A stretch of DNA of 64,000 nucleotides from Oscillospiraceae bacterium (GTDB lineage Bacteria; Bacillota; Clostridia; Oscillospirales; Oscillospiraceae). Location of the stretch: the NCBI GenBank assembly GCA_034926415.1, contig JAYFRC010000034.1:4232-68231 (forward strand), in the 5' to 3' direction. Below are positions 7,926 to 17,486 of the stretch, one piece after another (within the stretch, counting starts at the first letter, position 1; each line of letters begins with the position of its first letter). The position numbers were made by a program, and so were the translations under genes. Under the pieces are notes generated by a model that was given only the letters and a program-made list of their open reading frames with translations, was not told the DNA's origin and did not search any database.

Positions 7926-9353
7926 TTATTCGCCGAGAACCTCAACGTCGATATTCATCATCTTGCAGATGGTCTTTAGCTCGTCTATATGGTCGCCGTA
8001 TACCGCGTGGGCGTGGTTGGCGTCGAAATTGTCGAGGAATACCTTATAGTCGAAGTGAAGCTTCGCGAAATTGTGCGGCCACTCCTTGTTCGTCAGGGCT
8101 TCGCGCTCCTTTGGAAGCGAGACAAGCTCCGCCGTGAACATGACCATGCGGTATCTGCGCCTGCCGTCTTCGTCCATGGAGCGGCAGAGACGCGCGATGG
8201 TGCAGAGGCCGGGCGCGGTCTGGCAGTTTACATGGCAGCCGCCGCCCGCGTATATGTCGAGGCAGGGATAGAGCGTGACGTTTTTCATGTTCTCGTCCGG
8301 GTCGTCGCTGTGCGCGGCGTACCATGTTGACTCGGAGCCGCAGTTGCAGAACTCGAGCACCTGATTCTCCTCGTCCCAGTGGCGGACGTCCATGAACACG
8401 ACGGGCTCGTGCGTCAGCAGCTTTAAAATCTGCATCGTCATGGCGGCATCGGAATCGGCCTCGCAGGCGTAGACCACGGGCTCCTTCTTTCCGTCCCAGT
8501 CGTAGGGATCGTTCATGAAGGCCGCCGCGATGCACTCCGTGCAGTAATGGCAGCTCATGTCATAATGGCACTTGACGCCGACAAAATCAAAGCCGTTCTC
8601 TTCCTGTATGCGCTTTATCGCCTCGTAATGGCGTATCTGTGTCTTTAGCTTCTCCGGCGTGAGCTTCACGCCGTCGTACTCGATGGACTTGCACTTTTCG
8701 GTCAGCCAATCGAAAGCCTTGTCGACCTGAGCCTGCGGAACCTCCGCGGCAAGGCGGACTATCTCGCTTTCGTCGCAGTGCTCGACGTCGACGCCGAATT
8801 TCTCCTGCCAGTCCTGCATATCGACCGTTGCGCTGTACATTCCGAGCGAGCGGCCGCCGATAAGACCGTATTTCTCGCCGTTGAGCGAGTGGACCACATA
8901 GGCGCATTTTGCAAATGTTATGATGCGCGCGAGGACTTCGGACGAATTGAAGTCGCCGTAGGCGCGGAAGTGGCGCACGCCCTGCTGGTTAAGCGCGCCG
9001 CCCGCGGCGAGCATGGCGACCATGCCAGGCCAGTCCGGGTTGAGCTGGGCTGCGAGAAGATATGGCCCCTGGCCGTATTTCGCCGCGACTGCGGAAAAAT
9101 TAGGCCACGCGAAAACGCCGTAGGAGAATATCGTGCCGTCGACGCCTTTCGCCTTCAGTTTTTCGGCCTCCTCTTTCGCGGATTTGACCGAGGTAACGAG
9201 ATTGTCGGCCGTGATCACGTCAACGCGGCCGTCTTTTTCAAGAGCCGCTTTTATAACGTCGAGCTGATGCTGAACTACGTCCTTGCTTTTTTCATGTACG
9301 ATGGGGTCTCCGTCGGACAGCCCCATAAGGCCGAGAAGAGGTTTTCTGAGCAT
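7926..9353 (-). CDS. L-fucose/L-arabinose isomerase-family protein (FucI-like aldose-ketose isomerase), substrate unknown
   Basis: 475-aa ORF with overall resemblance to FucI-like proteins. Last gene of the dhaK-dhaL-rpiB operon. Confidence 0.65.
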   Translation of the reverse strand: MLRKPLLGLMGLSDGDPIVHEKSKDVVQHQLDVIKAALEKDGRVDVITADNLVTSVKSAKEEAEKLKAKGVDGTIFSYGVFAWPNFSAVAAKYGQGPYLLAAQLNPDWPGMVAMLAAGGALNQQGVRHFRAYGDFNSSEVLARIITFAKCAYVVHSLNGEKYGLIGGRSLGMYSATVDMQDWQEKFGVDVEHCDESEIVRLAAEVPQAQVDKAFDWLTEKCKSIEYDGVKLTPEKLKTQIRHYEAIKRIQEENGFDFVGVKCHYDMSCHYCTECIAAAFMNDPYDWDGKKEPVVYACEADSDAAMTMQILKLLTHEPVVFMDVRHWDEENQVLEFCNCGSESTWYAAHSDDPDENMKNVTLYPCLDIYAGGGCHVNCQTAPGLCTIARLCRSMDEDGRRRYRMVMFTAELVSLPKEREALTNKEWPHNFAKLHFDYKVFLDNFDANHAHAVYGDHIDELKTICKMMNIDVEVLGE

Positions 9354-9435
9354 AACAACATCCCCTTTTTCGAAATTATTATTTATATGTATTTCCGGGA
9401 GCCCGGACGGATATTATCGGCCGAGCCAGAATTTA

Positions 9436-9873
9436 TCAGCGATTTAAGTCATATTCTTTATAACGGTCCACCTTGGGCTGGGACGGGCATCCGGCAGTGA
9501 AATCACTGCCAAGCCAAGTCTTTATAAGTTCCGCCGCCAGCTTCTCACCGATGGTGAACGCGCCGATGCAGGCGATGTTGCTGTCGTTGCTCTTCATCGC
9601 GCGCTCAGCTGAATAAACATCCGATATGAGCGCCGCGTAAGCTCCGCGAACCTTGTTCGCGGCGATGCTCATTCCTACGCCGGTGCCGCAGAGGAGTATG
9701 CCTCTGTCGTATTTTCCGGCAGCGACAGCTTCCGCCACCGCGATGGCGGTATTGGCGTATATTGGATCGTCGCTTCCCATGTCGGTTATCTCATGCCCCT
9801 GAGCCTTGCAGACCTCGATAATTGATTTTTTGAGCGCGGTCGCATTCGGATCGCAGCCTATTGCGAGCTTCAT
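9436..9873 (-). CDS. rpiB: RpiB/LacA/LacB-family sugar-phosphate isomerase
   Basis: 145 aa. MKLAIGCDPNA..LLCGTGVGMSIAANKV signature. Confidence 0.85.
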   Translation of the reverse strand: MKLAIGCDPNATALKKSIIEVCKAQGHEITDMGSDDPIYANTAIAVAEAVAAGKYDRGILLCGTGVGMSIAANKVRGAYAALISDVYSAERAMKSNDSNIACIGAFTIGEKLAAELIKTWLGSDFTAGCPSQPKVDRYKEYDLNR

Positions 9874-9926
9874 GTTTATGTCATTTCCTTTCTTTGTCTA
9901 TATCCGGATTTTCCAGTATATCAAAA

Positions 9927-10583
9927 TCACAGCAGCGGCGCTATACCGTCCGCCATGGCCTGAAGTATAAGGCAGCATGAGCAGGAGCCGGCGTCAAGCA
10001 CGCCTCTCGACCGCTCTCCAAGGCGGCTCGAGCGGCCGTATTTCGCGACCATGTCGTTAGTGCTGTCCCTGCCCTTTTCAGCCGCATCCTTCATATGCGC
10101 GAGCGCTTCCGCGAAAGACGTTCCGGCCTCAGCATCCTTTTGCAGCGACGACGACGCCGGAGCGAGCGTATCGACAAGCGTCTTGTCGCCGGGGCGCGCG
10201 TCTACTATGCCGTAAAGCTCCTCAAGCCCCGCCGAAAGCGCCTTGCTGAACGCGGCGAGGTCTATCTCATCGCTTCCGCTCTCGTCGAGCGAATCGGCGA
10301 TACCCATCATTATAGTACCGTAGATCGGGCCCATGGAGCCGCCTATCTCGTTGAGCAGTATCATCGCAAGGTTGTTCAGGCCTTCGGTGAAGGAAAAATC
10401 CTCAGCGCCGTGGCGGGTCTCAAACATGGTGAAACCCTTGTTCATGTTCGCGCCGTGGTCGCCGTCACCGATGAGACCGTCAACGTCGCCGAGATAAGTC
10501 TTGTTGTCCTGTATGCTCTTTACCATCGCAAGCAGGATTGGCTTTCCAGCTTTATTGGAAAAATATCCCTTCATATCGCTCAC
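9927..10583 (-). CDS. dhaL: Dihydroxyacetone-kinase family, nucleotide-binding subunit DhaL
   Basis: GDGDHGANMNKGF motif, all-helical 218-aa protein, directly downstream of dhaK. Confidence 0.85.
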   Translation of the reverse strand: MSDMKGYFSNKAGKPILLAMVKSIQDNKTYLGDVDGLIGDGDHGANMNKGFTMFETRHGAEDFSFTEGLNNLAMILLNEIGGSMGPIYGTIMMGIADSLDESGSDEIDLAAFSKALSAGLEELYGIVDARPGDKTLVDTLAPASSSLQKDAEAGTSFAEALAHMKDAAEKGRDSTNDMVAKYGRSSRLGERSRGVLDAGSCSCCLILQAMADGIAPLL

Positions 10584-10586
10584 CCC

Positions 10587-11582
10587 TCAGTCCTGCTTGA
10601 AGCCCATGCTGTAAGCGGGCATATCAACGAGCTTTTTAAGTTCATCGTCGAGTTTCATTACTGTCAGCGTCACGCCCATCATTTCAAGCGACGTGAAGTA
10701 GTTGCCTACATAGGCTTTGTGAATGCGTATCCCGGCAGCGGAAATTATTTTCTCTATCTCATTATAAAGCACATACTGCTCCATCACCGGCGTTGCACCG
10801 AGACCGGAAACCAGCACCACGACCTCGTCTCCGGCCGCGAACGGATAATCCGGAAGAACTATGTCGGTCATACGCTTCGCTATGCCGGCCGCGCTCTCAA
10901 GCGGGCAGACTTCGACTCCGGGTTCGCCGTGATGCCCGATTCCTACCTCCATTGTTCCTTCCTGTATCTCAAAGTTCGGATGGCCGACGGCCGGAAGCGT
11001 GCACGGCGTCAGCCCGATTCCGACGCTGCGCGTAGAATCTATGGCTTTCTGAGCCGCCCGTATGACCTCGTCGAGCGGCGCTCCCGTCGAAGCCATGGCC
11101 CCGCCGCACTTCCACATCAGCACCTCGCCCGCGACGCCGCGGCGCTTTCCGCTCTGATCCTTCGGCGCGGACGCGACGTCGTCGTTTGCGACGACGGTTT
11201 TTACCGTCACGCCCTGCTTCGCGGCCATTTTGACCGCCATCTTTACGTTCATATTGTCGCCCGAGTAATTTCCATACAGGCACGCGACGCCGTTTCCGCT
11301 GTCGGCGGCCTTGAACGCGTCCGCAAAGGCCATCGCTGTTGGCGAAGAGAATATCTCGCCGACTGTGACGGCGTCGCAGAGATTCTTTCCGCAGTAGCCG
11401 ACAAACGCGGGCTTATGCCCGGACCCGCCTCCCGTAACTATTCCCACGCGGTTTTTCGTCGGGAACACGGACTTTACAACTCTCGGGTTGGAAGTCTTTT
11501 CCACCATATCAGGGTGAGCTTTCAAAAAGCCCTCAAGCATCTCATCCACGATATTGTCCGGATCATTCATTATCCTCTGCAC
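10587..11582 (-). CDS. dhaK: Dihydroxyacetone-kinase family, substrate-binding subunit DhaK
   Basis: GGGSGHKP and GIGHHGEPG motifs. Probable GTG start at 11582 (GAAAGGA 8 nt upstream). The ORF track extends to a TTG at 11621. Confidence 0.85.
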   Translation of the reverse strand: MQRIMNDPDNIVDEMLEGFLKAHPDMVEKTSNPRVVKSVFPTKNRVGIVTGGGSGHKPAFVGYCGKNLCDAVTVGEIFSSPTAMAFADAFKAADSGNGVACLYGNYSGDNMNVKMAVKMAAKQGVTVKTVVANDDVASAPKDQSGKRRGVAGEVLMWKCGGAMASTGAPLDEVIRAAQKAIDSTRSVGIGLTPCTLPAVGHPNFEIQEGTMEVGIGHHGEPGVEVCPLESAAGIAKRMTDIVLPDYPFAAGDEVVVLVSGLGATPVMEQYVLYNEIEKIISAAGIRIHKAYVGNYFTSLEMMGVTLTVMKLDDELKKLVDMPAYSMGFKQD

Positions 11583-12107
11583 AACAATCTTCCTTTCATA
11601 TCTAAGCGTTTTTCGCTGCAAACGCGATACATTATTTAATTATAACTCTATATTACGGCCGCGGCACTGGGCGCCCTCAGCCTCCGAAATTTGGAAATAT
11701 GCACAAAAGTCACAAATATATTTAATAATGCCAGAGTTCAATTGTCAAGGATTAAATATAAGCGCCGTAATAAATCAGCAACCCCGCAAAAGCGCAGTCC
11801 GGCACAATTTATTTTAGGCCACGCACGGCGCAGCATTTAAATCCGTCATTTCAAACAATTGGCAAAATTTGATGGGAAATGGTCAAAAAGCAGGGCTATA
11901 TCGCCTCGTTTCCGTCACATTGAAGGCAATATAAAAGTGCGTCGCAGCGCCGTTTGAAGCCTTTTTTCCATGTCTATTTTGTCTTGACAGCAATATTCAA
12001 ACGTGCTACTCTTAGTCTAAAAGTTAAAAAAAGCGTCGCAATTAACCGTTTTTTGTTGAAATTACACAAAAATAACCGTACCTTTTGTAAAAGTTCAATG
12101 TTGCGCC

Positions 12108-12122
12108 TTGTAAAAGTTTCCA
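12108..12122 (+). promoter_or_regulatory. cre-like / repeated operator-like motif in the ABC-operon leader
   Basis: TTGTAAAAGTT occurs twice (12085-12095 and 12108-12118). TGTAAAAGTTTCCA (12109-12122) matches 12 of 14 positions of the CcpA cre consensus TGWAANCGNTNWCA as I recall it. Confidence 0.25.
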
Positions 12123-12175
12123 GCTGAGGCGCGGCCCACGGAAGAACGTTTTCCAGGTTTCCTTTTCTGTACAAT

Positions 12176-12196
12176 ACAGCGCTTCGCGCTGTTTTG
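12176..12196 (+). promoter_or_regulatory. Terminator-like leader hairpin immediately upstream of the SBP gene RBS
   Basis: ACAGCGC-TTC-GCGCTGT followed by TTTTGT, 14 nt before GGAGG. Confidence 0.35.
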
Positions 12197-12225
12197 TAAT
12201 AATTAAATTTGGAGGATGAGATCGA

Positions 12226-13353
12226 ATGAAGAAAATGAAGAAGTTTTTGGCATTTGCATGCGCCCTTGCAATGGTTCTCTCCCTGGCGGCCTGCGGCTCG
12301 AAGACCTCGGGCACCACTACCACTACCCCCACAGATTCCAGCAGCGACGTGAAGACGGGCTTTACCTTTGCTCTGCTCGTTCCCACTATGAACCACACCT
12401 ATTTTGAGAACGCAGTCACGTTTGCTCAGAGCGTCTGCGACACCCTCGGCTGCACCCTTACCGTTTACAACGCCGACTCCAGCGCAGATACCATGATAAA
12501 GAACGTCGAAGACGCCGTCAACTCCGGCGCCGACGCTATCATAATCGATCCTTACTATTCTTCGGGCACCAAGTGCGCCGAGGAGTGCAAGACCGCCGGT
12601 ATCCCCATGATAGCATGGGATTCCGACATCGAGGAGTTTGATCCCCAGACTACATATGATTCCTATGTCGGATTCGTCGGCCCTGACGACGAGGATGCCG
12701 GCTACAACATGGCCTGCTATCTTTTCGATCACACCACCGCTTCCGCTGACGGAACCATGTACATCGGCGTCATCCAGGGCACTCCCGGAACCGCTGTCGC
12801 TGCCAACCGTGAAAAGGGCTTCGACAAGGCTTACGACGAGTACACCGCAAAGGGCGTCAAGATAAGCGTTGTCGGCCGTGTCGACGGCGACTTCAACGCC
12901 GAGACCTCTCAGAACGTCACCGAGGACCTCGTTCAGGCTAACCCCAACATCAACGGCATCTGGGCTGCTAACGGCGGCACCGGCACCGGCGTTATGAACG
13001 CTCTTACCAACCTCGGCTACACTCCCGGCAAGGACGTCACCGTCGTTGCAATGGATATGAACCCCGAGAACGTCAAGGCTGTCCAGGACGGCACCCTCGC
13101 TTATGATATCGGCGGACACTGGCTGGTTGCCGGCGACGCTATCATCATGGCGTTCGACTATCTGAACGGCTACCAGCTCACCACTCCCAAGTGGATCATG
13201 AAGCTCCTCCCCATCACTCAGGACAACGTCCAGACCTTCTATGACGATTTCCCGAACAACGTTCCTGTCAACTTTGACATCAAGTCTGCATGCCAGGCTT
13301 ACGGCGGCAGCGCCGACTATGCTTCCTTCGACGTCAACCAGATGCTCGGCTAA
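12226..13353 (+). CDS. Sugar ABC transporter substrate-binding lipoprotein (ribose/CUT2-type)
   Basis: Lipobox LSLAACGS with an S/T-rich linker. Periplasmic-binding-protein type I-like sequence. GGAGG RBS. Confidence 0.8.
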   Translation: MKKMKKFLAFACALAMVLSLAACGSKTSGTTTTTPTDSSSDVKTGFTFALLVPTMNHTYFENAVTFAQSVCDTLGCTLTVYNADSSADTMIKNVEDAVNSGADAIIIDPYYSSGTKCAEECKTAGIPMIAWDSDIEEFDPQTTYDSYVGFVGPDDEDAGYNMACYLFDHTTASADGTMYIGVIQGTPGTAVAANREKGFDKAYDEYTAKGVKISVVGRVDGDFNAETSQNVTEDLVQANPNINGIWAANGGTGTGVMNALTNLGYTPGKDVTVVAMDMNPENVKAVQDGTLAYDIGGHWLVAGDAIIMAFDYLNGYQLTTPKWIMKLLPITQDNVQTFYDDFPNNVPVNFDIKSACQAYGGSADYASFDVNQMLG

Positions 13354-13404
13354 GCGTCCCATCGGCAGATAGTCGCCTTTCGCGACCTATATTTTAATCT
13401 GTAA

Positions 13405-13529
13405 CGAAGGGACCTGTTTAGAATTCAATGTAATTCTTTACAGGTCCCTTCGCAACTAAGGTTCATCGGGCATTACGGAGCTAGCGACATCCGGCACGGA
13501 CAACCGGCTGCGCTGCAGCCGGTTGTCCG
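13405..13529 (+). promoter_or_regulatory. Two strong hairpins in the SBP-ATPase spacer (mRNA stabiliser/attenuator)
   Basis: CGAAGGGACCTGT / ACAGGTCCCTTCG (13405-13452, 13 bp). CGGACAACCGGCTGC / GCAGCCGGTTGTCCG (13497-13529, perfect 15 bp). No clear U-tract follows either. Confidence 0.5.
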
Positions 13530-13598
13530 TATGTCCGATATTTACAGCCTCTGCAATATGTTTTTTCGGAGAATGCGATCTCCCGATTGGAGGAAACC

Positions 13599-15080
13599 AT
13601 GATATTGAGAGCCGAGAACATCTGCAAACGGTTCGGCGCGACCCTTGCGCTTGACAAAGTGACGGCTGAATTCCGCTCCGGCGAGGTCAACGCCCTCGTC
13701 GGCGAGAACGGCGCCGGACAGTCCACGCTGCTCAAGGTCGTCGCGGCCGTTCACCATGCCGACAGCGGCACGATGACGCTGGACGGCAAGCCCTATTCGG
13801 CCGTCAACCCCACCGACGCCGCGCGTCAGGGGGTTGCGATAGTGTTTCAGGAAAGCACAATCAATCCCAGCATCTCGATAGCTGAAAACGTATTTATAGA
13901 CCGTCTTCACCGTTACAGCACGCCGCTTTTCGGAATGAACTGGAAAAAGTTAAAAAAAGACGCGCAGGGCATCCTCGACCAGATGGACGCCGGAATAGAC
14001 GTCAACGGCGACCTGCACAAGCTCGATCTCGGCAAGTGGAAGCTTATAGAGGTCGCGAGAGCTCTGTCCTATAATCCGCAGGTGCTGCTGCTGGACGAAT
14101 CGACGGCGTTCCTCAGCCTGAATGAGTCCAAGGCGTTTATCAAGTCGGTCAAGAATCTCCGCGAAAGCGGACTTGCGCTCGGTTTCGTCTCCCACCATAT
14201 GTCCGAAGTCTTCGAGCTGGCCGATTACATAACAGTCATGCGCGACGGCAAGTTTATCACCGAAATGAAGCGCGAGGACGCGACCGAAGAAAAACTTGAG
14301 GACTGCATGGTCGGTCGTCAGATAGGCGATAAAATGTACCCCGCACGCCGCGCCACTCCCGCAAGCGACGAGATACTCAAGGTCGAAAACATCTCCATTG
14401 AGGGAAAGCTCAAGGACATCAGCTTCACCCTCCACCGCGGCGAGATACTCGGTATCGGCGGGCTCAACGGCTCAGGAGGCGATTCGATACTCGACGCCAT
14501 TTACGGAGCCTGCCCCGTCGAATGCGGAAAGATTACGATGAACGGCGAAACATACCACAAGACCACGCCTGAAAAGAGCATAAAGCGCGGATTGGCGCTG
14601 CTCCCCGGCGAGCGTACGCTTGAGGGGCTGATAGTCAATTTCAGTATCGCAGACAACATCGTGATGTCGGCAGGGCCGAAAAAAGGCCCGCTGCGCGACT
14701 GGAATACCGAGGGCGAGCTCGTCACCAGGTACATCAAGGAAGTCCTGATAAAGACAAATGATCCCAAAAACGCCGCGTCCTCTCTGTCCGGAGGAAATAT
14801 GCAGAAGGTCGTCATAGGCAAGTGCCTGGCTCCCCAGCCGGAAGTCCTGCTTATGAATAACCCGACACGCGGAATAGATATCAGCGCGCGTCAGGAAATA
14901 TATTCGCTGATACGCAAGCTGGCAGACAACGGTCTCGCCATAATAATGCTGACCGAGGATATGCTCGAGCTTCTCGGCATGAGCGACCGCATTATGATAA
15001 CTCGCGATAACAAAATCAGTAAGATCTTCGATGAAAATGTCAATCTGAAAGAAGAAGACCTTATAGGTTACATTGTATAA
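13599..15080 (+). CDS. Sugar ABC transporter ATP-binding protein, duplicated ATPase (RbsA/MglA-type)
   Basis: GENGAGQST Walker A, second-domain LSGGNMQK signature. ATG at 13599 lies 5 nt after GGAGG (the ORF track starts at a TTG at 13587). Confidence 0.9.
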   Translation: MILRAENICKRFGATLALDKVTAEFRSGEVNALVGENGAGQSTLLKVVAAVHHADSGTMTLDGKPYSAVNPTDAARQGVAIVFQESTINPSISIAENVFIDRLHRYSTPLFGMNWKKLKKDAQGILDQMDAGIDVNGDLHKLDLGKWKLIEVARALSYNPQVLLLDESTAFLSLNESKAFIKSVKNLRESGLALGFVSHHMSEVFELADYITVMRDGKFITEMKREDATEEKLEDCMVGRQIGDKMYPARRATPASDEILKVENISIEGKLKDISFTLHRGEILGIGGLNGSGGDSILDAIYGACPVECGKITMNGETYHKTTPEKSIKRGLALLPGERTLEGLIVNFSIADNIVMSAGPKKGPLRDWNTEGELVTRYIKEVLIKTNDPKNAASSLSGGNMQKVVIGKCLAPQPEVLLMNNPTRGIDISARQEIYSLIRKLADNGLAIIMLTEDMLELLGMSDRIMITRDNKISKIFDENVNLKEEDLIGYIV

Positions 15081-15098
15081 GAAGGGAATGAAGCGCAA

Positions 15099-16073
15099 GT
15101 GAGTCCCAGGATTAAATCGGACTGTCCGCAAACAACGGACCATTCCGCCCTGATGCGTAAGCTGTTCGCACCCGCTCTGCTGGTCGCTCTTACCATCGTT
15201 TTTACGCTCTATAACGGCAACTTCCTTACACTGAGGAACCTGCTCACCATCCTTCAGCAGATGGTCGTCACGCTAATCGCCGCATACGGCATGCTTTACG
15301 TCATAGTGGAAGGCGGAATCGACCTCTCCGTCGGCTCGGTCATCGCTCTGTCAGCTATTGCCGTCGCAAACACCGTCGGCACGCTCGGCATCTTCGCCAT
15401 AATCCCGGCCATAATAGTCGGATTGCTATGCGGACTTGTAAACGGCTTGGTCTCCACATACCTAAAGGTCCCCACATTTATCGTCACCATGGCAACGCAG
15501 ACCTCCTTCCGAGGCATAATACTTATTCTGACGGGCGGAGCGCAGATAATGATAACGCGCCAGGACTTCCTGACCGTCTACGGCGGCCGCTCGATAGGAA
15601 ATGTCCCCAACAGCATAATCTTCGGCATCATAGTAACGATAATCATTTGGTACGTTTTCAAGAACTTTGCGTTCTCCCGCGAGGTGCGCGCGGTCGGCGG
15701 CTCCGAAAAGGTCGCTACGCTTGCCGGAATCAAGGTCAACTCCGTCAAGGTCAAGGCCTTTGTTCTTGCCGGCGGACTCGCGGGTCTCGCAGGATGCCTT
15801 CAGGCGGCACGTTCCTACGCCGCCACTCCGACCATGGGCGAAGGTCTTGAGATGGATATCATCGCAGCCGTCGTCCTCGGCGGCACCCCGATGTCCGGCG
15901 GTATCGGTAGCGTCATGACCACCGTGCTCGGCGCACTCATCATCGTCGTCCTTTCAAACGGCATGAATATGATGGGGCTTCCCGCCGACGTCCAGAAGGT
16001 CGCAAAGGGCGTTATGCTTATCGTCGCCGTCTGCGCCACCATCGACAGAAGACGCATCGGAATAATCAAGTAA
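15099..16073 (+). CDS. Sugar ABC transporter permease (RbsC-type)
   Basis: About 10 TM segments with a branched-chain/ribose permease-like sequence. GTG start; the start is uncertain. Confidence 0.85.
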   Translation: MSPRIKSDCPQTTDHSALMRKLFAPALLVALTIVFTLYNGNFLTLRNLLTILQQMVVTLIAAYGMLYVIVEGGIDLSVGSVIALSAIAVANTVGTLGIFAIIPAIIVGLLCGLVNGLVSTYLKVPTFIVTMATQTSFRGIILILTGGAQIMITRQDFLTVYGGRSIGNVPNSIIFGIIVTIIIWYVFKNFAFSREVRAVGGSEKVATLAGIKVNSVKVKAFVLAGGLAGLAGCLQAARSYAATPTMGEGLEMDIIAAVVLGGTPMSGGIGSVMTTVLGALIIVVLSNGMNMMGLPADVQKVAKGVMLIVAVCATIDRRRIGIIK

Positions 16074-16142
16074 TTTTCGCAGGTCCGGCGACGTACGCCG
16101 GAGTCCGAGGGTAAGAATTTTTTATGAAAAGGAGATAAAACT

Positions 16143-16820
16143 ATGAAACGTTCTGAGATAAACCGCAATATCGAGTGGGCTATCGACACATGCAAAAAAC
16201 TTCATTTCAACCTTCCGGCGTTCGCTTTCTGGACGCCCGAGGAATGGAAAAACCGCCGCGCGGAAACGGAACACATGGTCAGCGTCGCCCAGGGCTGGGA
16301 TGTGACCGACTACGCTACCGGAACCTTCGACAAGGTCGGCGCGGTGCTCTTCACTCTGCGCAACGGCAACATATACGACAAGACAAAGGGAACTCCGTTC
16401 TGCGAGAAAATAATCGCGATGAAGGATGGCCAGCTCCTTCCCCTGCACTTCCATTACTCCAAGACCGAGGACATTATTAACCGCTGCGGCGGCATCCTCT
16501 GCGTCACCGTCTACAATTCCAAAAAGGTCGGCGACGATTATGTGATAGACAAGGAGTCGGACGTGCATCTGCGCCTCGACGGCATACCCACCACCATTTC
16601 TGCAGGCGGAACCGTAGAGATAACGAACGGCAACAGCATTACGCTGACCCCTTATATCTATCACAAGTTCTGCGCCAAGGGCGGAGACCTGATAGTCGGC
16701 GAGGTCTCGTCCATCAACGACGACGCCAAGGACAACCATTTCGAGACCGAGCTCAATCTCACCATTGAGGAAGACGAGCCGGTTCGCCACGTTCTCTGCG
16801 GCGGCTACGTCCAGAAATAA
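16143..16820 (+). CDS. D-lyxose/D-mannose-isomerase-like cupin sugar isomerase
   Basis: 225 aa. N-terminus MKRSEINRNIEWAIDTCKK..FWTPEEW and the HFHYSKTEDIINRCGG cupin motif resemble D-lyxose ketol-isomerases. Confidence 0.6.
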   Translation: MKRSEINRNIEWAIDTCKKLHFNLPAFAFWTPEEWKNRRAETEHMVSVAQGWDVTDYATGTFDKVGAVLFTLRNGNIYDKTKGTPFCEKIIAMKDGQLLPLHFHYSKTEDIINRCGGILCVTVYNSKKVGDDYVIDKESDVHLRLDGIPTTISAGGTVEITNGNSITLTPYIYHKFCAKGGDLIVGEVSSINDDAKDNHFETELNLTIEEDEPVRHVLCGGYVQK

Positions 16821-16844
16821 TCCACCGTATATCGGGAGAATGAT

Positions 16845-17486
16845 ATGAATACTCTTAATTGCGTTCAGGTGCGGGAAATGCTGCTTCACACCGCGGCGAA
16901 GATAATCGACAGCAAACCGTATCTCACTGAGGTCGACAGCAAAATAGGCGACGGCGACCACGGTATAGGTATGAGCCGCGGCATGGAAAAGGCAACCGAA
17001 AAGCTCAACTCGCTCACAGAGGCGACCGACGTCTATCAGCTCTTCAGCGAGATGGGAAAGACTCTGCTCATGTCCATGGGCGGAGCGTCAGGCGTCATCT
17101 TCGGTACGATGTTTATGGGCGGAGCAAAGGGCAAGACTCCCACGGCCGAGATAAGCGCCGCTGATTTCACAGCCATGATGAACGACAGCCTCAACGCTAT
17201 AATCGCAAGAGGCGGCGCGCACGTCGGCGACAAGACGATGATAGATGCGCTCTCGCCCGCAGTCGACGCGCTGAAGGCTAACGCTGAAGGCGGCTACGCC
17301 GTCATGCTTCACGAGGCCGAGAAAGCCGCGCGCTCCGGTATGGAAAATACCAAAAATTTCCAGGCGAAATTCGGCAGGGCCAAATCGCTGATGGAGCGCT
17401 CCATAGGCTATCAGGATGCGGGCGCCACCTCGGTATGGCTCATATTTCAGGCCATGAGCGAATATGTCGAGGGGGCGGAGAAGTGA
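16845..17486 (+). CDS. dhaL: DhaL-type nucleotide-binding subunit (second set)
   Basis: GDGDHGIGMSRGM motif, 213 aa. Confidence 0.85.
   Translation: MNTLNCVQVREMLLHTAAKIIDSKPYLTEVDSKIGDGDHGIGMSRGMEKATEKLNSLTEATDVYQLFSEMGKTLLMSMGGASGVIFGTMFMGGAKGKTPTAEISAADFTAMMNDSLNAIIARGGAHVGDKTMIDALSPAVDALKANAEGGYAVMLHEAEKAARSGMENTKNFQAKFGRAKSLMERSIGYQDAGATSVWLIFQAMSEYVEGAEK

Noticed and set aside
10095-11639. 514-aa plus-strand ORF
   Set aside because: It is entirely antisense to dhaL and dhaK, which have unmistakable family motifs. It is Arg-rich and low-complexity, as is typical of antisense frames in GC-rich DNA, and it has no RBS.
11974-13362. 462-aa minus-strand ORF
   Set aside because: It is antisense to the lipoprotein SBP gene (clear lipobox and RBS). 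Its Gly/Val/Asp-rich composition has no motif. It is a GC-frame artefact.
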